Positions 6,669 through 14,893 of a DNA stretch of 14,893 nucleotides are shown piece after piece; position 1 is the first letter of the stretch, and the number at the start of each line of letters is the position of its first letter. The notes under the pieces were generated by a model. The model was not told where the DNA came from, searched no databases, and saw only the letters and a list, made by a program, of their open reading frames with translations. The translations under genes and the position numbers were made by a program. Source of the DNA: Candidatus Eiseniibacteriota bacterium (lineage in GTDB: Bacteria > Eisenbacteria > RBG-16-71-46 > DASYSL01); NCBI GenBank assembly GCA_046598045.1, contig JBKJJJ010000038.1:1-14893 (forward strand), written 5' to 3'.

Positions 6669-8051
6669 GGCGACCGGGAGCGCCACCTTCGGTCCACCGG
6701 CGCGCGCCCTCTCGACCTCGGCCGGGTCCTTGATCGCGTCCGCGCTCAGGACGTCGTGGCCGGTCTCCGTGACCAGCACGTCGTCCTCGATGCGCACGCC
6801 GATCCCGCGCCAGCGCGGGTCGTACTCGAGGATGCCGTCGCCGAAGTAGAGTCCCGGCTCGACCGTCAGTACCATGCCCGGCTCGAGCGCGCGCGACTTG
6901 CCCGCCGGATCCACGTAGAGCCCGGCATCGTGCACGTCGAGACCCAGCCAGTGGCTCGTACGGTGCATGTAGAACGGCTGGAACGCCTTCTGCGCAATCA
7001 GCTCATCGCGCTCCCCGATCAACACGCCCAGCTGGATCAGCCCCTCGACCAGCACGTCGAGCGCCGCGCGGTGCACGTCGTCGAAGCGCGTGCCCGGCTT
7101 GACCGCGGCGATGCCCGCGAGCTGCGCCTCGAGCACGATGTCGTAGACCTTGCGCTGGTCGGCACTGAAGCGCTCCCCCACCGGAAACGTGCGCGTGATG
7201 TCGGCCGTGTAGCCCTCGTATTCGCCGCCGGCGTCGATCAAGAGCAGCGTGCCGTCCCGCAAGGTCATGTTGTTCTCGGTGTAGTGCAGGATGGTCGCGT
7301 TCTCGCCCCCGGCGACGATCGAGTTGTAGCCCGGCGCGCGCGCGCCGCGGGCACGGAAGACATAGTTGACCAGCGCCTCGACCTCATACTCGGACATGCC
7401 GGGACGGGCCGCCGAGAGCGCCGCGTTGTGCGCCTCCGACGAGATCTGGCAGGCGCGCCGGAGCAGTTGCGCCTCCTCCTTGGTCTTGTGGAGCCGCATC
7501 GCGTGCACGATCCCGCCGTGCTCGGTGCGCGTGACCGGGCCCTTGCCGTTGCGGGCGCGCGTCTTGCGCATGCCAAGGAGCCAGTCCTCGACCCGGGTGT
7601 TGAACGCGGCGTCGAGTCCCGGCGTGAAGTACACCGTCCCCACGCCCTCGAGGTAACCGGGCAATTTCGCGTCGAGCTCGTCGATGGCGAATGTCGCGTC
7701 CGCGCCGAAGAGCGTCTTCGCGCCCTCCACGCCGGCGCGGCGGCCGTTCCAGGTCTCCTTCTCGAGATCGCGCGGGCGCACGAACAGCACGAAGCGGTGC
7801 TCGGGATGCGCCGTGGTCAGCACGGCGACGCTGTCGGGCTCGAGGAAGCCGGTGAGATACTCGAAGTCGGAGTCCTGGCGGAACGGGAAGTCGGTGTCGT
7901 TCGATCTCGTCTGCTCGGGGTTCGAGCGCAGGATCATGGCGCCCGCGCCCATCTGCCTGAGCGCCTCGGCGCGGCGCTCGGCGTAGGTCGCGGGCGCGAT
8001 GCCCTGGGAGCGGGCCGAGGGCGCAGTGGCGTCGTGCGGCTTCTGGATCAT
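6666..8051 (-). CDS. pepP: Xaa-Pro aminopeptidase (aminopeptidase P, M24B), 461 aa
   Basis: Start re-assigned to ATG 8051 (GGAG SD, 2 nt after the upstream stop). Motifs: RSNDTDFPFRQDSDFEYLTGF, LLIDAGGEYEGYTADITRTFP, HRTSHWLGLDVHD, LTVEPGLYF, GIGVRIEDD. Confidence 0.95.
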   Translation of the reverse strand: MIQKPHDATAPSARSQGIAPATYAERRAEALRQMGAGAMILRSNPEQTRSNDTDFPFRQDSDFEYLTGFLEPDSVAVLTTAHPEHRFVLFVRPRDLEKETWNGRRAGVEGAKTLFGADATFAIDELDAKLPGYLEGVGTVYFTPGLDAAFNTRVEDWLLGMRKTRARNGKGPVTRTEHGGIVHAMRLHKTKEEAQLLRRACQISSEAHNAALSAARPGMSEYEVEALVNYVFRARGARAPGYNSIVAGGENATILHYTENNMTLRDGTLLLIDAGGEYEGYTADITRTFPVGERFSADQRKVYDIVLEAQLAGIAAVKPGTRFDDVHRAALDVLVEGLIQLGVLIGERDELIAQKAFQPFYMHRTSHWLGLDVHDAGLYVDPAGKSRALEPGMVLTVEPGLYFGDGILEYDPRWRGIGVRIEDDVLVTETGHDVLSADAIKDPAEVERARAGGPKVALPVA

Positions 8052-8053
8052 GG

Positions 8054-10240
8054 CTAGTACTCCGCGAGTTTGCGCGCCGCGGCCACGAGATGATCCTTCT
8101 GCGGCAGGATCACGTCCTCGAGCTGGGGCGAGTAGGCCACGGGGCAATCGAGCGCGCCGAGCCGCATCACCGGCGCGTCGAGGTATTCGAAGCAATCCGA
8201 GGCGATGCGCGCCGAGATCTCGGCGCCGAAGCCCGAGGTCAGCGTGTCCTCGTGCGCGACCAGCACGCGGCCGGTCTTCCGGACCGAGGCGAAGATCCCG
8301 TCCCAGTCGCAGGGAGCGAGCGAGCGCAGGTCGAGAATCTCGCAGTCGATGCCCTCGTCGGCGAGGTCGACCGCGGCGTAGATCGAGCGCTGGACGAGCG
8401 CGCCGTAGGTCACGATCGTGAGCTTGCTGCCGGCGCGCGCGACCCGCAGCTTGCCGAACGGCACCATGTACTCCGTCCCGGGATACGCGCTCTTGGCGTA
8501 GGGCTGGCGGTAGAGGTGCTTGTGCTCGAGGAAGAGCACCGGGTCGTCGCAGCGAATCGCGGTGCGCAGCAGCCCCGACGCGTCCTCGGCCGTCGACGGG
8601 ATGACGACGCGCAAGCCCGGGATGTGCGTGAAGATGCTCTCCCCGCATTGCGAATGGTACGGGGCCCCGCCCTTGAGATAGCCGCCGTACGCCACGCGGA
8701 TCACGATCGGCGAGCTGAAGTGGTTGTTCGAGCGATAGCGCATCATCGCCAGCTCGTCCCTTATCTGCATCATCGCCGGCCAGATGTAGTCGAAGAACTG
8801 GATCTCGACCACGGGCTTGAGCCCGCGCGTCGCCATGCCGATCGCGCGGCCGACGATGTTCGCCTCCGCCAGCGGCGAGTTGAACACGCGCCGGCCGCCG
8901 AACTCGCGCTGCAGCCCGTGCGTCAGCTTGAACACGCCGCCCTTGCCGCTGACGTTCGGCAGCACCTCCTCGCGCGAGGCGTCGGCGACATCCTCACCGA
9001 ACACCAGGATGCGCGGATCGCGCCGCATCTCGTCGCGCAGCGTCCAATTGACGAGCGTGGCGAGCGTCGTCGGATCGCCCTCCGGCCTGGCGGGCGTGGC
9101 GAACGCCGCGGACGCCGGGTCGACGGCCGGCGAGTAGACGTAGAGCGTCGCGGTCTCGGGGCCGGGCTGGGGCTTCGTCATCGCGGCCTTGCCCGCGGCG
9201 TCGACGCCCGCCTCGACGTCCTTGCGCAGCGCTTCGAGTTGCTCCGCGGTCGCGACGCCCCAGGCCATGAGCTTCGGCGGGAACGTGCGCAGCGGGTCGC
9301 GCGCGAGCTCGGCCTGGCGCTCGTCCTCGGGGCGATAGAGCGCCTGGTCGTCGGACATCGAGTGCGCATAGGGCCGAATCACGCTGCCGCGGATGAGCGA
9401 GGGTCCCTCGCGCCGGCGCGCGCGCGCCACCGCGTCCTGCGCCGCCGCGAACGAGGCGACCGGATCACAGCCGTCGACGTCGAACGTTGCCAGCCCCGGA
9501 AAGCCCGAGACCACCGCGAGGATGTTCCCGCCCGGCGTCTGGACCTCGACCGGAACGGAGATCGCGTACCCGTTGTCCTCGACCACGAACACGACCGGCA
9601 GCTTGCGCACGCACGCGGTGGTCAACGCCTCCCAGAACTCGCCCTGGCTGGTGGTGCCGTCGCCGCAACTGACGAACACCACCTCGTCCCCCTGGAACCT
9701 GCCCTTCGCGGCGGCCCCCGCGGCGGGCTCGGCGCTGTAGTAGACTCCGGCGTCCGCGCAACCGACCGCCTGCAGGAACTGCGTGCCGGTCGGGCTCGAG
9801 CTGGAGACGATGTTGAGCTTCGCGTGGCCCCAGTGCGAAGGCATCTGGCGGCCGCCCGAGGCGGGTTCGTCGAACGCGGCGACCGACTGGCCGAGCATCT
9901 CCTCGGACGTCATGCCGAGCCCGAGGCAGAGCGCGCGGTCCCGGTAATACGGATAGAACCAGTCGTAGCCCGGCTTCATCGCGAGCGCCACGCCGGCGAG
10001 CAACGCCTCGTGCCCCGCCCCCGAGATCTGGAAGTAGGACTGGTTGAGCTTCTTGAACGTGATGTCCTTGTCGTCGGTCTTGCGCGAGGCGTACATCGTC
10101 CGGTAGAGGCCGAGCAGTTGTTGGTTCGTGAGCCCGGCCCGCTCGTCCTCCGGTTTCGCCGCCGAACCACCGTTGCTGGACGTCGGGGCCGGACGGATGT
10201 CAGGCTTCGCGGACGCATTCTGGGGGACGACCTTCGCCAT
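8054..10240 (-). CDS. Fused 2-oxoacid dehydrogenase E1 alpha/beta (2-oxoisovalerate dehydrogenase-like), 728 aa
   Basis: Alpha part: [19 protein letters not shown] motif [12 protein letters not shown]...[14 protein letters not shown]. Beta part: [46 protein letters not shown] upstream. Confidence 0.93.
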   Translation of the reverse strand: MAKVVPQNASAKPDIRPAPTSSNGGSAAKPEDERAGLTNQQLLGLYRTMYASRKTDDKDITFKKLNQSYFQISGAGHEALLAGVALAMKPGYDWFYPYYRDRALCLGLGMTSEEMLGQSVAAFDEPASGGRQMPSHWGHAKLNIVSSSSPTGTQFLQAVGCADAGVYYSAEPAAGAAAKGRFQGDEVVFVSCGDGTTSQGEFWEALTTACVRKLPVVFVVEDNGYAISVPVEVQTPGGNILAVVSGFPGLATFDVDGCDPVASFAAAQDAVARARRREGPSLIRGSVIRPYAHSMSDDQALYRPEDERQAELARDPLRTFPPKLMAWGVATAEQLEALRKDVEAGVDAAGKAAMTKPQPGPETATLYVYSPAVDPASAAFATPARPEGDPTTLATLVNWTLRDEMRRDPRILVFGEDVADASREEVLPNVSGKGGVFKLTHGLQREFGGRRVFNSPLAEANIVGRAIGMATRGLKPVVEIQFFDYIWPAMMQIRDELAMMRYRSNNHFSSPIVIRVAYGGYLKGGAPYHSQCGESIFTHIPGLRVVIPSTAEDASGLLRTAIRCDDPVLFLEHKHLYRQPYAKSAYPGTEYMVPFGKLRVARAGSKLTIVTYGALVQRSIYAAVDLADEGIDCEILDLRSLAPCDWDGIFASVRKTGRVLVAHEDTLTSGFGAEISARIASDCFEYLDAPVMRLGALDCPVAYSPQLEDVILPQKDHLVAAARKLAEY

Positions 10241-10306
10241 CGGGGGTTCTCCCTGAGCAGAGGACGGCCACCGGCGAGGCAGGCGAGCCGGCGGCGAGAC
10301 CGCCCG

Positions 10307-10316
10307 AGTCTACCAT
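10307..10316. promoter_or_regulatory. Overlapping divergent -10 elements: TAGACT on minus (with extended TGn) and TACCAT on plus
   Basis: AGTCTACCAT sits in the 124-bp gap between the divergent E1 and aminotransferase genes. The minus strand reads TGGTAGACT and the plus strand reads TACCAT. Confidence 0.4.
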
Positions 10317-10364
10317 GCGCCGCGAGCGCCGACCAACACCCCCAAACCTTGCGGGGAACGCGAG

Positions 10365-11795
10365 ATGACCGGCACCGATCGCGCTTTCGACGAGCTCTGC
10401 CCCAAGGAGCTGCGCGGCCTCGTCCACACGCCCCTGCCCGGGCCCCTGAGCGCGGCGTTGCTGGCCCGCCTCGCCGCCGCCGAGGCGCCCGCCGCGCACG
10501 CGCTCGGCCGCGGCGACCGGCCGCCGGTGTGGCAGCGCGCCGAGGGCTCGCTGGTCTGGGACGTCGACGGCAACCGCTATCTCGACTTCGCGGCCGGCTT
10601 CGGTGCGGCCGCGGTCGGCCACGCGCATCCGCGGGTCGTCGCCGCGGCCCAAGCCCAGGCCGCGCGCCTGATGCACGGCTTCGGCGACGTCCACCCGCAC
10701 GAGGGCCGCGTCCTGCTCGCCGAGCGCCTCGCCCTACTCGCGCCGTTCCCGGACGCGCGCGTCGTGTTCGCGCAATCAGGCGCGGAAGCGGTGGAAGTCG
10801 CGCTCAAGACCGCGCAGCTCGCGACCGGCAAGCCCGGCGTGCTCGCGTTCACCGCGGGCTTTCACGGGCAGAGCCAGGGCACGCTCGAGGTCTCGGGCTG
10901 GGAGCGTTTCCGCGCGCCGTTCGATCGCCCCCCGTCGGCCGCGCTCCATGGCCGCGCGCGCTGGGCGCCGTATGGACGTTGCTCGCGTTGCGACCTCGGA
11001 CTCTCCTACCCGGCGTGCGGCCTCGCGTGCGTGCGCGAGGCCTCCCGCATCCTCGAGTCCGCGGAGAAACGCCTCGGCGGCGTGGGCGCGATCCTGGTCG
11101 AACCCATCCTCGGCCGCGGCGGCGACCACGTGCCCCCGCCCGAATGGCTGCCGGGCATCGCCGAACTGGCGCGCCGCTCGGGCGCGCTCCTGATCGCGGA
11201 CGAGATCTACACGGGCTTCGGCCGCAGCGGAGCATTGTGGGCGTCCGTCGCCGCGGGCGTGACGCCGGACCTCGTGTGCTGCGGCAAGGCGCTCGGCGGC
11301 GGTTTCCCGCTCGCCGCGGTCCTGATGCGCCCGGACGCGGCGCAGGGCTGGCAGGCGGCCGCGCCGATTTCGGGCGAGACGCTGCACTCGGCGACCTTCT
11401 ACGCGCACCCGGTCGCGTGCGCGGCCGCGCTCGCCGCGCTCGACGTGATCGAGGCCGAAGGGCTGATCGCGCGCGCCGAGACGCTCGGCACGTCGCTCCA
11501 CGCCGGGCTCGCCCAGATCGCCGGCGCCTATCCCGATCTCGTGCGCGAGGTGCGCGGCCTGGGGCTGATGGCGGGGCTGGTGCTGGATTCGACCGCGCGC
11601 GTCCACGCGGTCGTGGCGGCCTGCCTCGCGAACGGCCTGATCCTGCTGCCCGGCGGCTACGAGGGCGACGTGGTCTCGTTCTCCCCGGCGCTCACGATCG
11701 ATGAACGGCAACTGGCGTGGGGCCTCTCCGTGCTCGACCACGTGCTGCACGAGCGCGCGCCGGGACACGGCGCTCCCCCCGACGTCAGTCCGTGA
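10365..11795 (+). CDS. Class III PLP-dependent aminotransferase (GabT/ArgD-like), substrate unknown, 476 aa
   Basis: Motifs: WDVDGNRYLDF, GHAHP, SGAEAVEVALK, GFHG, ILVEPILGRGG, LIADEIYTGFGRSG, PLP lysine in GKALGGGFPL, EVRGLGLMAG. Confidence 0.93.
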   Translation: MTGTDRAFDELCPKELRGLVHTPLPGPLSAALLARLAAAEAPAAHALGRGDRPPVWQRAEGSLVWDVDGNRYLDFAAGFGAAAVGHAHPRVVAAAQAQAARLMHGFGDVHPHEGRVLLAERLALLAPFPDARVVFAQSGAEAVEVALKTAQLATGKPGVLAFTAGFHGQSQGTLEVSGWERFRAPFDRPPSAALHGRARWAPYGRCSRCDLGLSYPACGLACVREASRILESAEKRLGGVGAILVEPILGRGGDHVPPPEWLPGIAELARRSGALLIADEIYTGFGRSGALWASVAAGVTPDLVCCGKALGGGFPLAAVLMRPDAAQGWQAAAPISGETLHSATFYAHPVACAAALAALDVIEAEGLIARAETLGTSLHAGLAQIAGAYPDLVREVRGLGLMAGLVLDSTARVHAVVAACLANGLILLPGGYEGDVVSFSPALTIDERQLAWGLSVLDHVLHERAPGHGAPPDVSP

Positions 11796-12735
11796 CCACC
11801 ATGCGCACCGCTCGCGACTCGCCGTCCTGCGTGAGCTTCACGAAGTAGACCCCCGGCGCGAGCCGATCCCCCGCGGCCAGGTCGAGCACGTGACGCCCGG
11901 CGGTCGCAGGCTCGATGGCCCGCGAGCGCACGCGCCGTCCCGCGAGGTCATAGAGGTCCATCCGGGCCGGGCCGTCCGACGGCAGCGTGAACGCAATCGC
12001 AACCCGGCCCAGGGAGGCTGGATTCGGGCGCGCCCCCTCGAGCGCGAGCGCAATCGGGGAGGGCTGCGGATCGACCCCGACCAGCGAGTTGACGTCGACC
12101 GCCACGTTCTCGATTGCCCAGGACTCGTCCGAGCCGCCCTGCCACTGGGCCGCGGCCGGCCCCGACACCGCGCCGATGCGCCACACCACCGTGAGCGAGT
12201 CCGCCGTGTGGGGGATGTGGTCGAACGCAGGCTCGACCGCCAGGTTGTACGCCCGATCGCGGGACCAGTACTGCCCGCTCGAGAAACCGAGGTTGCCGCC
12301 GCTGCTCAGGAGTGCTCCGGGCGGGGCGATGTAGTCGGAAGCATCCCCGGTCGCGAGCTGGAACCAGTGCGAGAACAGCAGGTTCCCGTCCACCAGCACC
12401 TGGAAGAGCTCGGTACCGTCCCACGAGTCGATGGCGCCGAACAGGAACCTCAGGTGCACGGCGTTGTGGGGCGGCAGACCGCGCAGGGTGAGCTTCGTAT
12501 CCGAGATCGTCACGGCGGTGTAGCGCAGAAAGTTGCCGGAAAATTGGTAGCCCAAAGGCCCGAGCCCGGCGTAGCCCTGCACGCCCTCGATGCCGGCTCC
12601 GGGCGCGGAGAACTCGGCGGGCAGTCCGGATTCGAAATCGGTCGAGAACACGGTCACGTCGGCAGCCCGGGCGGCCGTCGGAACGAGAGCAAGGGCCACC
12701 GCCGCGAGCAGCGTCCGGAATGCCGTGGTCGTCAT
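11785..12735 (-). CDS. Secreted beta-sandwich protein with C-terminal T9SS type-A/FlgD-like sorting domain, 316 aa
   Basis: Start re-assigned to ATG 12735 (AGGAG SD), giving signal peptide MTTTAFRTLLAAVALALVPTAARA. Core motifs: LPPH..FLFGAIDSWDG and DESWAIENV. C-terminal domain: VGVDP..LEGARPNP..IAFTLP..LYDLAGRRVR..LAPGVYFVKL..VRMVV. Confidence 0.85.
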   Translation of the reverse strand: MTTTAFRTLLAAVALALVPTAARAADVTVFSTDFESGLPAEFSAPGAGIEGVQGYAGLGPLGYQFSGNFLRYTAVTISDTKLTLRGLPPHNAVHLRFLFGAIDSWDGTELFQVLVDGNLLFSHWFQLATGDASDYIAPPGALLSSGGNLGFSSGQYWSRDRAYNLAVEPAFDHIPHTADSLTVVWRIGAVSGPAAAQWQGGSDESWAIENVAVDVNSLVGVDPQPSPIALALEGARPNPASLGRVAIAFTLPSDGPARMDLYDLAGRRVRSRAIEPATAGRHVLDLAAGDRLAPGVYFVKLTQDGESRAVRMVVTD

Positions 12736-12818
12736 CGTGGAGGCTCCTGGGGGGAGGGGTGGATGGAACGAAGATGCTCTCATGCCGGCCCGGCCCGGTA
12801 CCAGTCTCTTCGCAGCGC

Positions 12819-13472
12819 TCAGGCCGAGTAGCGCCACACCGCGACGTAGTGGCACGCCGTGCCGAGCAGGACACACATGTGCCACCCCAGGTGGCCGTAG
12901 CGCACGCGATCGAGCGCGAAGAACGCGATGCCCGCGGTGTAGGCCACGCCTCCCGCCGCCAGCCAGAACATGCCCCAGGGCGCGAGCTTCGTCCACAGCG
13001 GGGCGCCCCCGACCACGAACAGCCAACCCATCGCGAGATAGATCAGCGTGCACACGGTGGGATAACGCAGGCGCGTCAGCGCGGTGAACGCAATGCCGCC
13101 GAGGGAGATCGTCCACACCACGGCGAGCAGCGTCCAGCCCCCCGCGCCCCGCAGGATGCCGAGCGTGAACGGCGTGTAGGTCCCCGCGATCAGCAGGAAG
13201 ATCGCGCTGTGGTCGACGATCTTGAACATGCGCTTGGCGCGGTTGGGCTTGAGGCTGTGGTAGATCGTCGAGCTCAGGTGGACCAGCACCATGCTGCCGG
13301 CGAAGATGCTATTGCCGACGATGCCGAACGAGCTGCCACGCCGGACCGCGAACAGGATGATGAACACCGCGGCCACGATTGCGAGCAGGGCGCCCACGCC
13401 GTGGCTGATGCTGTTGGCGATCTCCTCGCCGGGAGACTGTTCGCGCTCGCGCAAGCGGAATCGCTGGGCCAT
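12819..13472 (-). CDS. Hemolysin III / PAQR family membrane protein (TrhA/YqfA-like), 217 aa
   Basis: Motifs EEIANSISHG, SSTIYHS, DHSAIFLLIAGTYTPF, YLAMGW, GGVAYTAG, HLGWHMCVL; about 7 hydrophobic helices. Confidence 0.95.
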   Translation of the reverse strand: MAQRFRLREREQSPGEEIANSISHGVGALLAIVAAVFIILFAVRRGSSFGIVGNSIFAGSMVLVHLSSTIYHSLKPNRAKRMFKIVDHSAIFLLIAGTYTPFTLGILRGAGGWTLLAVVWTISLGGIAFTALTRLRYPTVCTLIYLAMGWLFVVGGAPLWTKLAPWGMFWLAAGGVAYTAGIAFFALDRVRYGHLGWHMCVLLGTACHYVAVWRYSA

Positions 13473-13478
13473 GCGATG

Positions 13479-13484
13479 ATTCTA
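13479..13484 (-). promoter_or_regulatory. Putative -10 element (TAGAAT) for a leaderless hemolysin III transcript
   Basis: The minus strand reads TAGAAT-catcgc-ATG (6-nt spacer) with no SD. The TAG is also the carbonic anhydrase stop codon. Confidence 0.5.
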
Positions 13485-14144
13485 GTCCGAGTCGGCGCCC
13501 GGCGCCACGCCGCCGGATCCGGGATTCGCGCCGACCTCGAAAAAGTCCACGAGGCCGGTCGCGAGCGAGTACTCGGCGCCCACGATCTGGAGCCCCTGTT
13601 CGCGAGTGAGCTGCTCGAGCACCTCCGAGCCGTGCCGCAAGTGGGTCACCGACGCGAGCACGTTCGCCCGCACCGCAAGCGCCCGCAATTGCGCCGGCGT
13701 GGCCCCCACCTCGGAGCGCAGCAGGAGCTCGACCGACGGCCGGACGCGATCCACGATCGACCGCAGGTAGCGCGCGTGCGGCCCCGCGGGATTCTCGAGC
13801 GTCTCGATCGTGGCGTCGATCGCGCCGCACCCGGTGTGCCCGAGCACGACCACGAGCCGCGAGCCGAAGCGGTCGGCCGCGAACTCCACGCTGCCGACCT
13901 GGGACGGCGCGACGATGTTGCCGGCCACGCGGATCACGAACAGGTCGCCGAGCCCCTGGTCGAACACCAGCTCCGCCGGGACGCGCGAGTCCGAGCAACC
14001 GAGCACGATCGCGAACGGCTCCTGGCCGTCGGCCAACTCCGCGCGGCGCAGGGGATCGAGCAGCGCGTCCGAGCCGCGCCGGCCCTCGGCGAACCGGCGG
14101 TTGCCCTCGCGCAGGCGCTCGAGCGCTACGCTGGCCGGAATCAT
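13482..14144 (-). CDS. Beta-class carbonic anhydrase, 220 aa
   Basis: Start re-assigned to ATG 14144 (ATGA overlap with the kynB stop). Motifs: LERLREGNRRF, GQEPFAIVLGCSDSRVPAE, GDLFVIRVAGN, VLGHTGCGA (Zn ligands C, H, C). Confidence 0.95.
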   Translation of the reverse strand: MIPASVALERLREGNRRFAEGRRGSDALLDPLRRAELADGQEPFAIVLGCSDSRVPAELVFDQGLGDLFVIRVAGNIVAPSQVGSVEFAADRFGSRLVVVLGHTGCGAIDATIETLENPAGPHARYLRSIVDRVRPSVELLLRSEVGATPAQLRALAVRANVLASVTHLRHGSEVLEQLTREQGLQIVGAEYSLATGLVDFFEVGANPGSGGVAPGADSD

Positions 14145-14797
14145 GACGGGCGCAACGCGGCCCGCACCGGGCTGGCGTCCCCACCGACGATCTTGAGCGG
14201 CAGTGCGACCAGCTCGTAGCGGCCGGGCGCGACCTGCGTGAGGTCGAGTTCCTCGAGCACCACCAGTCCTCCTGCGAACAGCGCGCGGTGCGCGGCCAGG
14301 TCCTTCGACGTCGGGTGGTCGACCGAAAAGGTGTCGATGCCGACCAGCCTGAGCCCGCGCGCGGCCCGTGCCGCGAGCCACCCCGCAGCTTCGGCGGTGA
14401 AATGCGGGAAGGTCTCGGGAAAGCTGTCGAGCGTGAGGTCGAGCGTGCGGAACAGCACGCGCTCGGCACCCTCGAACTCGCTCCCGCGCGCCGTGAGTGC
14501 GTCCGCCTCGATCGCGCCCCGGGGCGAGCGCGCGATCTCCGCCCGCCAGTCGAGCACGACGCAGGGGCCCCAGTATGCCGCAAGGTCGAGCCCCGCGGCA
14601 TCGGTCGGGCCCGCGCCCACGTGCAGCGGCGCATCGGCATGGGCGCCGGTGTGCGGCGACATCGTGATGCGCGACACCGTCACCGAATCGCCGCTCGCCG
14701 GGCTCCACGCCACATCGAGCTCGAACGCGGTGTCGCCCGGCCAGACCACGGCGCCCCGCCCGATCGGCGGGGAGATATCCAGGATCCGGCCGCTCAC
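14141..14797 (-). CDS. kynB: Kynurenine formamidase / cyclase family metal hydrolase, 218 aa
   Basis: Motifs DISPP, VWPGDT, HTGAHADAPLH, LVGIDTFSVD, AHRAL, YELVALPLK..GDASPVRA. GTG start overlaps the upstream stop (GTGA). Confidence 0.85.
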   Translation of the reverse strand: MSGRILDISPPIGRGAVVWPGDTAFELDVAWSPASGDSVTVSRITMSPHTGAHADAPLHVGAGPTDAAGLDLAAYWGPCVVLDWRAEIARSPRGAIEADALTARGSEFEGAERVLFRTLDLTLDSFPETFPHFTAEAAGWLAARAARGLRLVGIDTFSVDHPTSKDLAAHRALFAGGLVVLEELDLTQVAPGRYELVALPLKIVGGDASPVRAALRPS

Positions 14798-14893
14798 GCG
14801 CGCAGTCCGTCCACGATGTCCTTGAGCTCGGCGAGACCGCGCTCGACGTCGTCGTCCGTGTTGTAGAAGTGCGGGCCGAAGCGCACGCCGACA
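14794..14893 (-). CDS. C-terminal fragment of a class V PLP enzyme, probably kynureninase; gene starts beyond the right edge
   Basis: My translation VGVRFGPHFYNTDDDVERGLAELKDIVDGLRA* shows the class V terminal motif (R..PHFYNT). The kynureninase assignment rests only on coupling to kynB. Confidence 0.65.
   Translation of the reverse strand, partial: VGVRFGPHFYNTDDDVERGLAELKDIVDGLRA

Noticed and set aside
10273..10298. Three GGCGAG hexamers and a CCGGC..GCCGG stem in the E1 leader
   Set aside because: Short, unevenly spaced (9 and 11 nt) and expected by chance at this GC. I did not recognise a riboswitch.
8090..11704. 1204-aa plus-strand ORF
   Set aside because: It is antisense to E1 and then out of frame over the aminotransferase. 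It is Arg/Ala/Gly-rich with no recognisable motifs, as expected for a high-GC shadow ORF.
12819..13472. Hemolysin III as a toxin or virulence gene
   Set aside because: This is a widespread PAQR membrane family, and the name does not imply toxin function here.

Overview
High-GC (roughly 70% by eye), gene-dense bacterial window with 13 supportable CDSs, two of them cut by the window edges. I saw no RNA genes, mobile elements or CRISPR arrays. The left part (1-6644) is a divergent cluster. Its minus arm encodes an Omp85/BamA-type beta-barrel with no obvious POTRA domain, a signal-peptide-bearing protein with atypical kinase-like motifs, and a lipoprotein metallophosphoesterase-like protein. Its plus arm encodes an NTT/TLC (ATP/ADP translocase-like) transporter fused to HEAT repeats, then a stand-alone cNMP-binding protein. 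I infer this may be an extracytoplasmic kinase/phosphatase system with its own nucleotide supply, and it is the best candidate for an undescribed system. The right part is mostly metabolic: pepP, a fused 2-oxoacid dehydrogenase E1 alpha/beta, a class III aminotransferase, a secreted protein with a T9SS/FlgD-like C-terminal domain, a hemolysin III/PAQR protein, a beta-carbonic anhydrase, kynB and the 3' end of a class V PLP enzyme (probably kynureninase). All calls come from motif recognition by eye; no searches were run.
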